Source: a virus
Direction: 5' to 3' (one strand)
Virus record (IMG/VR): IMGVR_UViG_3300042922_000836
Coordinates: 64,001 to 128,000 of that record
DNA length: 64,000 nt
Every line of letters starts with the position of its first letter. Position 1 is the first letter of the stretch. The position numbers were made by a program, and so were the translations under genes. The notes under the pieces were generated by a model. The model ran no database searches and was not told where the DNA came from. It saw only the letters and a list, made by a program, of their open reading frames with translations. Below are positions 55,872 to 63,299 of this stretch, piece after piece.

Positions 55872-56144
55872 TTACGATATATAGCAATTATTTTCGATTC
55901 TGCCTGTTTGCATGGTATACCATGACATTACAAGCACATGATTATCAGTTTCCGCAATATCAATTTTTGTAGAGCCTTCGCTACCGCAAAATATTCCGCA
56001 AAAAGGTGTTCCATCCTCATTGACCATAGTCAAGCCATTGTTTGCCAGAATTGTCTGTACCTCGTCAACTGCGACCTCATCACGATAGATCACATCAGAC
56101 AACTGATAATTACATTTTTTTATTGCCAACTTTAAACTTCCCAT
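55872..56144 (-). CDS. hypothetical protein
   Basis: bounded by elements at 56183 and 55846; stop inside element. Confidence 0.65.
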   Translation of the reverse strand: MGSLKLAIKKCNYQLSDVIYRDEVAVDEVQTILANNGLTMVNEDGTPFCGIFCGSEGSTKIDIAETDNHVLVMSWYTMQTGRIENNCYIS

Positions 56145-56231
56145 AATAGTTACCTCTTTTTTAATAATTTTGTGTTACACTTATATAACAACAGAAAATT
56201 AGTTTTCCTTACGCAAAATTATCTGCATAAT

Positions 56232-56255
56232 AAAAAGCATGAAAATATCATGCTC
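56232..56255 (-). terminator. rho-independent terminator
   Basis: AGCATGA-N5-TCATGCT followed by TTTT on minus strand. Confidence 0.55.
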
Positions 56256-56875
56256 TTGATTATGTATAAAATTTGTAATAATCGGCATGTAAGGCAATAG
56301 CAATCTCTATTTACTACTGCCTTATATGGAAACTAACAGATAACTGTTTGAATTTTTCCATACTACACCGACTACCTTTTTTTCATAGATTTTATCACAT
56401 CCTTTCATTGTACTCATCCCCATGACTTATAAACCAAACTTTAAATCATTATGTAAATTTTATTTGATTTTTTTGTTTGTTTTATCACTCTTTACTCTTG
56501 ACCGCTAAGAGTAAAGACTCGCCCACTGTTGCCAGTAAGAGAGTTATCGCCATGGGTACATTTTAACGAATTTTTCCAGAAACTAAGGTTATCGTGATTC
56601 TTACCCTATAGCGGTCAAAACAAAATACTTGCAATTACTTAATTTTGTCTATAGTTCCCATAAAAGGGAGTAAGAAAGTCATTCCTTCCAAAGTTTGCCA
56701 TACAGGAGATTCTGTGAAAATTTCGCCAAAATGATGATTATTTGTTTGGTACAGTATTCGCTATTACGTGGCAACCGTATTAGTACCATTTAAGCTATAA
56801 ATTTTTGTAATGATTTTTTGCATAATTTAAAACACTAAATATTTTTAATATTTTAAACTACATAAAAAAACTTTA
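56232..56875 (-). ncRNA. putative structured non-coding RNA
   Basis: no ORF of 60 aa or more; lies between tandem promoter-like array and terminator; several helices whose mismatches read as G-U pairs on the minus strand. Confidence 0.5.
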
Positions 56876-56880
56876 CATTT

Positions 56881-57233
56881 ATATAACACTTGAAAATCAT
56901 TTTTCCTTACAAGCTTTTTTTACTGATTTTTAAATGTTTATTGCTTACGATAATATAACATTTAAAAACTTAATTTCCTTACATTGAATTTTTATTGATT
57001 TTTCCATGCAATTATATAACATTTATAATCTTAATTTCCTTACATATTGCATTTAAGGAAATTTTAAAAATATACTTTACAATTATATAACACTTATTTT
57101 TTATGATTCCTTACAGATCGTAGTGTAACACTTTTGTCACACATTTTTAACTAAAATTTACCGATTGCATATTTGAATTATTTGTAAATTAATCTTTACA
57201 ATAATATAACACTTAAAAACACTGATTCCTTAC
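56881..57233 (-). repeat. tandem array of five 30-bp elements
   Basis: copies at 56881, 56953, 57014, 57085, 57204 separated by 42, 31, 41 and 89 nt of non-coding DNA. Confidence 0.9.
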
Positions 57234-57261
57234 ACCTAAAATTTACCAGTAAAAATATGGT

Positions 57262-57289
57262 AAAAAATAGGAGGCATCACTGCCTCCTA
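57262..57289 (-). terminator. rho-independent terminator of sigma-like gene
   Basis: TAGGAGGCA-N4-TGCCTCCTA then TTTTT on minus strand. Confidence 0.8.
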
Positions 57290-57312
57290 AATCTTACCAG
57301 TATCGTCTGGGA

Positions 57313-58701
57313 TTATTTACCAAAATGTTTTTTAACCATTTTTTGGAATTTTTCTATTAAATACCATTTTTCAAGCTTGTTACAATATATGGTATATAAG
57401 GAAATATTATCCATATATTCAATATCACTTTCTGTGTATTCCGACTCTTGACCGACTTTTAAATTATTATACACTTCGTGAGATTCAAGCCACTTGAAAT
57501 AATTTACCATATTATGGTTAAAAGCACCGTCTATCACATGGTGTATATTAAAGTTACCGTCTTTTATCGCAGTATGTGAATTTTCGAGTTTGTCAAGGAA
57601 CTTTGTACCCTTTGTGACTTTTTTGTGTCCTGTCATCAATTCTTCAATAGCTTGATAATCTTTACGTCTGTATGACTTAATTGCGTCAATATCTTTAAAT
57701 TTCAATGCCACTTCACGAATTCGTGACATATGACCGCTTACGGTCTTCATACTGCATCCAACTTTTTCCGCTATTGCCAGATCCTGCCAGCCATATGACC
57801 GATATTTTAAAATTTGTGCCTGTCTGGGAGTAATTTCCTTTAAAAAGGAATTAATTAACTCATTTTCTCCAGATTTTTCCAGTAGCCTGTCAATCTCGGA
57901 ATTGACACAAATCTGGGAATAAATACCATTTTCACCGTTCTCATCAAGTGTGTCTTCAATGTAAAGTTTTCTTGGAACATAATCAACTTTTCTGTGAAGT
58001 TTTTCTTCCTCAATTAAACTGTCAATATTTACCAGTGTAACATTTTTATCGGCAATCATGCTGGCAATCTCTTCCAGTTTAGCGGTTGAAACTTCCACTT
58101 TTTGGTGCTTTAGGATTTTTCTGGCAATAATCAAATTATTGTAAAGTTTGGTATTTTCGGTATTTTTTACCATTTTATTATTTCCGTATAAGGAATTTTT
58201 TACCATATTACAAGCTTTTAAAAATATTGATTTCATGGTATTTTTTGCCAGTATCATATCAGCATATTCACTGGAATTTAATTCCAGTCCGTCTTTTAAT
58301 TTTTGCTCCAGTTTATACCAGTAATTTAAGGTTTCAATGGGTATTTTTACCAGTTCTTCATACATTGCTAAATAGGCAATATTTACCAGATCCATAGAGT
58401 CATTGTTGATGCTTGACAAATTTTGGAAATTATTTACCATTTTAAGGTTATGAACTGACGGATTTTTTGACATAATATATTTGCAAGAATAACATGCACA
58501 TGTCACAGAAATGTCATATAGAATTTTCATTCTTAAAAGCGGGTATTTGGTAAACTTTTCCTTAATTTCTGCATTTACTTCTGCCAAAGTTTGGTAATTT
58601 TCAGGTACTACTAAATTTTCCATATTCTGGGCGATTAAAGGGTTTTTGGAATTTTCTTCCAGTGTGAGATTCTCCGAGTAAATTTTTACAGTTTTTTCCA
58701 T
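57313..58701 (-). CDS. large divergent sigma70-family (ECF/group 5-like) factor or LuxR-HTH regulator
   Basis: region-2-like DSMDLVNIAYLAMYEE and region-4 HTH ITPRQAQILKYRSYGWQDLAIAEKVGCSMKTVSGHMSRIR; AAGGA RBS. Confidence 0.65.
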   Translation of the reverse strand: MEKTVKIYSENLTLEENSKNPLIAQNMENLVVPENYQTLAEVNAEIKEKFTKYPLLRMKILYDISVTCACYSCKYIMSKNPSVHNLKMVNNFQNLSSINNDSMDLVNIAYLAMYEELVKIPIETLNYWYKLEQKLKDGLELNSSEYADMILAKNTMKSIFLKACNMVKNSLYGNNKMVKNTENTKLYNNLIIARKILKHQKVEVSTAKLEEIASMIADKNVTLVNIDSLIEEEKLHRKVDYVPRKLYIEDTLDENGENGIYSQICVNSEIDRLLEKSGENELINSFLKEITPRQAQILKYRSYGWQDLAIAEKVGCSMKTVSGHMSRIREVALKFKDIDAIKSYRRKDYQAIEELMTGHKKVTKGTKFLDKLENSHTAIKDGNFNIHHVIDGAFNHNMVNYFKWLESHEVYNNLKVGQESEYTESDIEYMDNISLYTIYCNKLEKWYLIEKFQKMVKKHFGK

Positions 58702-58787
58702 TTTTTAGTACTTCCTTTTTTAAAATATAATTTTAGTCAAAGGTTATAATTGCATATTCAATTTTCAACTAAACCTTCGCCATGACT

Positions 58788-58816
58788 ATAGTATCACATT
58801 AAAGTTATTAAGTCAA
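58788..58816 (-). promoter_or_regulatory. sigmaA promoter of sigma-like gene
   Basis: TTGACT-N17-TACTAT with extended TG. Confidence 0.65.
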
Positions 58817-59630
58817 TAGGCAATTTTTACCAGTAATAATGTTTCCGATGGTAAATAATGGTATTTTTTTATAAATCACCCGAAGTCGCCTAAAATTTAC
58901 CAGTTTTTTAAATGGAAATATATGGTAATGCGACCTTTTGCTGTAAAGTCGAATTATACGGGGTATTTACCATTTTTTTAGGAGGTTTTCCGACCGAAAA
59001 TGAGGATTAGTAGGTACTTCTCATCGATCCAGTCCTTCCCAGAACCGATTGATTTGTCACTAAACAGCACTTTTCTTTCGGAAATTTCTTCGGTGCAAAG
59101 ATCATCACCAATACACTTCAAACTCTCATTGTAGTCACTAAAAACCGATTTTAACAGCACACAGAAATAGCCTTGTTTTTGGCTGTTTTTCACCTCTGTT
59201 TTGTCTTGTTTTGTGCGGATTCACATTGTTTTAAAGCTGAAACCCTCATGTTTCCTGTGTTTTATCGAAGATTACAGGTGGACAGGGGGTTATTTGTCAT
59301 TTATGGGGGTGTATTTTGAGCAGTAACCTACCTATTATATAGGAAGATAAAACATACAGCCAACTATAATACCCGCCTTAAATACGAACACAAGCTGTCA
59401 GGAACGGTTTTAAACGCACTCTATAACGCATAAAGTAATAATGTATAAACAGCACAAATACAGTCTGAATACTCGGTCAACAACCAACCTTATATATATG
59501 TAAAGCACTGTATCAGTTCACAGCAAAAGAAAATCCATAATCGCTGAAAGCCTTACAACATCAATGTTTATATAATGTATGTTCAACGTTGATAATAATA
59601 ATAGTTCACAAATATTTCACAAATACCCTA

Positions 59631-59659
59631 TTGACTTACCACCTATACTATGATATAAT
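59631..59659 (+). promoter_or_regulatory. sigmaA promoter of recombinase gene
   Basis: TTGACT-N17-TATAAT with extended TG; ATTACTT-N4-C motif at 59666-59677. Confidence 0.8.
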
Positions 59660-59704
59660 TATCGTGTTGAAAGTAATAACACTTACAACAAAAGGAGAAT
59701 TTAT

Positions 59705-60496
59705 ATGATAAATACTTATGTTTCAGGCAATAGCACAATAACAGTTAATCCCGCTTTCAGAAGAGTAGTTGAACAGTGGAAACAGAGAAACAAAGTCGAG
59801 AAAGCCACTGTAGAGAATAACTTTCCGAAACAGGAGTTCACAGCAAAGCCTACAGCGAAATATTCTCTGTATACAACAGATGGCAGACCGAAACCAAAGT
59901 GCGGAGATGCAATTAAAGACAAGGACACCATACAGGCAATAAAAGAAGCTCTCCTTAACTCAGGCAAATTCGGATACCGCAACTACCTTATATATACAGT
60001 GGGCATAAATGTAGGTCGCAGAGCTGGTGACTTGCTTAAACTGAAGGTCAGTGATGTAATGTCCAAAGGAAACATAAAGTGTGAGATTGTCCATGTCGAG
60101 GAAAAGACAGGCAAGATTATAGAGTTCTACTTTAACGATACAATCAGAAATGCAATTGCAGAATACTTGAATTCACAGCCTGACCTTAAAGCTACAGATT
60201 ACCTGTTCAAAAGCCACAAGGGTGATGGTAGGTTGACCACAAAAGCATACTGGAGAATACTTAAAGATGTACAGAACCAGTTGCAACTCACAGATCACCT
60301 GTCAACACACAGTATGCGTAAAACCTTTGGATATCACAAGTACCAAGAATACAAAGGTCAGCAAATAGAGGGCGGGTTTGATGTGGTAGATATGTTACAG
60401 GATGCATACGGACACAGCAGTCGCAAACAGACCATGACTTATATAGGTATAAGCAAGGAAAACAAAAAGAAGTTGTATTGTGACTCTACACTATAA
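59705..60496 (+). CDS. tyrosine recombinase (catalytic domain, no obvious arm-binding domain)
   Basis: intact R (GRRAGDLL), K (EEKTGK), HSMRKT, GHSS, Y (TMTYIG); AGGAG RBS. Confidence 0.9.
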   Translation: MINTYVSGNSTITVNPAFRRVVEQWKQRNKVEKATVENNFPKQEFTAKPTAKYSLYTTDGRPKPKCGDAIKDKDTIQAIKEALLNSGKFGYRNYLIYTVGINVGRRAGDLLKLKVSDVMSKGNIKCEIVHVEEKTGKIIEFYFNDTIRNAIAEYLNSQPDLKATDYLFKSHKGDGRLTTKAYWRILKDVQNQLQLTDHLSTHSMRKTFGYHKYQEYKGQQIEGGFDVVDMLQDAYGHSSRKQTMTYIGISKENKKKLYCDSTL

Positions 60497-60707
60497 TACA
60501 GGAAAGGAAGTTTGTGCATATGGTTAATACAGGTTAGAGGTTACAGGAAAAAGGACAGTGGTAGTGAAAGTGGTAACTCACAAACCAAAAAGTAAACCAC
60601 AAACCAACCACAACCACACAGGTAAACCACCCGCATCCAAACCACCGTAAAAGAAAGCGGTTACATATTATCTTCTCTTATATATCTTATCTAATAAGAT
60701 AGTGTTT

Positions 60708-60770
60708 AGTGTGCGTTTTTGCACACTGGATTGAGTAGTGTACTAAGGATAGTGTGCAATTTTGTACACT
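60708..60770. promoter_or_regulatory. pair of 20-bp palindromic binding sites
   Basis: AGTGTGC-GTTTTT-GCACACT (60708-60727) and AGTGTGC-AATTTT-GTACACT (60751-60770). Confidence 0.65.
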
Positions 60771-60855
60771 AAACGAAAAGCGATAACTAAAAAAATTGAA
60801 AGGAAAACTTCAACTAAAACAAAAATAATTGAACAATTGAAAGGTGATTTAAAAT

Positions 60856-61986
60856 ATGATTATAAATAAAATGAAAGACAATGCAAATGCAATTTACAAT
60901 AATGAAATTGAAAATGAAAATGTAAACAACAACTTAGCTTTGGCTAAACAAGAGAATTTCGGCAATACAGAATGTGACTTCTGGAAAAATGATAATGGTC
61001 AGGTATTTATGACCAGAGATCAGATCGGACAGGCATTGGAATATAACAATCCAATGATAGCTATTTATAAAATACATGAAAGGCACAAGGAAAGATTAGA
61101 CCAATTTTCAGTATTAACCAAATTGACTAATACTGACGGAAAGTCTTATGATACCTATCTTTATTCTGCTAAAGGTGTCTATGAAATTTGCAGATGGAGT
61201 CAACAACCCAAAGCAGATACTTTCATGAATTGGGTATGGGATGTAATTGATGGTTTAAGAACAGGAAGTTTAGGAGATGGCTATTTAAAAACTATCAATA
61301 ACACGAATGTTCAATTACAAGCGGTTGCTAAAATGATTCAGGAACTTTATAAGCAAAATTTTAATATGCAAAATGATATAAATGTCTTAAAGAAATCATT
61401 GTTGCCGAAACCTGAATATTCCGCATGGAAGAATTCCATAAATCCCAAAATAACACAGTTGGCTGAAAAACTTCAAATCGATAAGAATAAAATTTTGAGT
61501 AGCATTTACATAGAAATAAAAAAGAGGCATTTAGTTAATTTGGAGGCATTACAGAGAATACTTTCTGAAGAAACAGGTTCTGATAAAACAACTCTTGATA
61601 CAGTTGAACAATATGCAAAAGATTATTTTGAAGAAATACTTGATGAAATGCTCATTAACAATGGATTGAAAGAATTGCCAGAACCATTAAAACAGTTAGA
61701 ACCGTCAGAACCTGTAAAGAATACAATTACTTTTGATGCTCTTGACCTTATTATAAATCCTCTTGTAGCAAGATATAAAGATAAATCCCCGCATGGAATT
61801 GTAACCCGCAGAAGAATTTTTTCAAAAATGAACGTAAACTGGCATAACAGAATTACAAGATATATGAAGAAATTCAACACTGAGAAAGAGCCTAAAAAAT
61901 CGGCACTTGTTTTACAAGACAAAACATTATTAAGTGAATTTAAGAAAGCAGTTAAAATATTATCAAATGAAAGTGTTCCTGTATAA
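60856..61986 (+). CDS. BRO-N domain antirepressor-like protein
   Basis: MTRDQIGQALEY..IHERHKERL, YSAKGVYEICRWSQQPKADTFMNWVWDVI. Confidence 0.8.
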   Translation: MIINKMKDNANAIYNNEIENENVNNNLALAKQENFGNTECDFWKNDNGQVFMTRDQIGQALEYNNPMIAIYKIHERHKERLDQFSVLTKLTNTDGKSYDTYLYSAKGVYEICRWSQQPKADTFMNWVWDVIDGLRTGSLGDGYLKTINNTNVQLQAVAKMIQELYKQNFNMQNDINVLKKSLLPKPEYSAWKNSINPKITQLAEKLQIDKNKILSSIYIEIKKRHLVNLEALQRILSEETGSDKTTLDTVEQYAKDYFEEILDEMLINNGLKELPEPLKQLEPSEPVKNTITFDALDLIINPLVARYKDKSPHGIVTRRRIFSKMNVNWHNRITRYMKKFNTEKEPKKSALVLQDKTLLSEFKKAVKILSNESVPV

Positions 61987-61992
61987 TTAATA

Positions 61993-62757
61993 ATGATAAA
62001 CGATTTAATGTTCATAAAATATTATATCAGCTTGTTTAAAGGTGTTAATTTTGAAACAAGTCCACCTAACGCAAAGCAACTTCTTATATACGGTTTTTTA
62101 TTTATGAATCGTACCATGCGGGATGAAGTAAATATATCTTTGGAATTTTTAGTAACTAAATGCGGATATAAGATAAGCAGAAGCTCAGGCAAAAGTATCG
62201 AAACATTTCGGCAAGAATTACATAATATGATTCAGATTAAAAATATTGGACATTTTGAATTGTCTACCGAAACAGATATATTGACTATTTTGCCAAATAA
62301 AACATTTACAATATATCTTGGTGAAATTATAGCTGACAGTGACCAATTTACGAAAATACTGTTTGATGAATTTGATAAAATAACAGCATCAGATTATAGT
62401 TACAAATGTAATATGTTATTAATTTATCTGTACATAAAATCATTTATTTACGAAAAGCCAAAAGAAAAGCAATTATATTCGGTTGCAAATCCTGAAGAAC
62501 CGCAGAGAGGCTGTTCCATATCTTTATATGATATGAGTGTGGCAACAGGCATATCGATTTCTTCAATCCAAACTATTATCAAAGAACTACAGGATTTAAA
62601 GCTTATAACTTCATATACCACAGGCAAATATTTATCAAGCAAAGGAACACTCTGCAATGCCAAAAATATTTATGTGCTATACGGTGAAGAAAGCGAAATT
62701 CCTAATGTTGAACAAAGATTAAAGCAATTTTATAATGTTAAAAAATTTATAAATTAA
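61993..62757 (+). CDS. winged-HTH protein (possible replication initiator/regulator)
   Basis: C-terminal ISLYDMSVATGISISSIQTIIKELQDLKLI, NIY. Confidence 0.55.
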   Translation: MINDLMFIKYYISLFKGVNFETSPPNAKQLLIYGFLFMNRTMRDEVNISLEFLVTKCGYKISRSSGKSIETFRQELHNMIQIKNIGHFELSTETDILTILPNKTFTIYLGEIIADSDQFTKILFDEFDKITASDYSYKCNMLLIYLYIKSFIYEKPKEKQLYSVANPEEPQRGCSISLYDMSVATGISISSIQTIIKELQDLKLITSYTTGKYLSSKGTLCNAKNIYVLYGEESEIPNVEQRLKQFYNVKKFIN

Positions 62758-62769
62758 GGAGATTAAATT

Positions 62770-63238
62770 ATGTTATTGTTAAAAAAAGCTAATAAGCATT
62801 TTAATATAGGTGAAAAAGTTTTAGTTCCGACTGAATTGATGGCAACTACCCGCTATGGTGAATCTACATATAACCAGAGTTATTACAAAGGTGTTGTTCT
62901 TTATAATGTCGGAAAGTTATGTTGTGTCAGAATATTGGCAAATGGTGATAAAAACGCATACACAGAATGTTTTGATCCAAATAAACTAAAGAGAGATAAG
63001 GGTAAAATATTGGTAAGCTATGGGAAGATTTAAAATAAACAATCTGTGCATTAATTGTTATTGGTCTGAAAAATGCATGGATACAGACAATAAAAAAAGA
63101 AAATGTCCTGACTATACTCCAATCGAGATGGCGGGAATTGATGACAGAGATATAGATTTCTATGAAAAAGTCTTATATGAGAATACAAAAGAATATAATA
63201 AACAATTGAAAGAACTTGAACAGAAGTTCATTTTTTAG
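62770..63238 (+). CDS. two small hypothetical proteins (62770-63033, 63020-63238)
   Basis: co-oriented, AAGGAG RBS on first. Confidence 0.55.
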
Positions 63239-63299
63239 ACATTACAATGTCACAAGTAATAATCCCAAAATTGACTTTAATTAAAAGGAGAATTAAATA

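Larger units (their letters stand above)
36331..57233 (-). repeat. dispersed 30-bp element GTAAGG-N17-GTTATA (26 copies); putative phage-sigma promoter and gene-unit boundary
   Basis: plus-strand ATATAAC-N15-TTCCTTAC (few single mismatches) starting at 36331, 38681, 39273, 39674, 43662, 45513, 47884, 48297, 49356, 51184, 51438, 51518, 52275, 52937, 53674, 54164, 54702, 54835, 55468, 55846, 56183, 56881, 56953, 57014, 57085, 57204; same orientation, invariant spacing. Confidence 0.92.

Noticed and set aside
56881-57233. CRISPR array
   Set aside because: Repeats differ in their central 15 nt, intervals are irregular (31-89 nt), the same element is dispersed in front of genes, and no cas operon is present
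36331-57233. Classical integron attC or dif/Xer sites
   Set aside because: No RYYYAAC...GTTRRRY hairpin, only weak dyad symmetry and a variable central spacer; the recombinase shows no evident IntI-specific insertion. A non-classical cassette mechanism stays open
408-57451. Plus-strand ORFs in the six-frame track (e.g. 835-1197, 10283-10831, 35461-35844, 54767-55192)
   Set aside because: Antisense shadows of well-supported minus-strand genes or AT-rich chance ORFs; no RBS or recognisable motifs
58978-59193. 71-aa minus-strand ORF in the strand-switch region
   Set aside because: No recognisable motif and it overlaps short DNA repeats; cannot be supported as a gene
59716-62663. Minus-strand ORFs 59716-59982, 61623-62015, 62448-62663
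   Set aside because: Antisense to clear plus-strand genes
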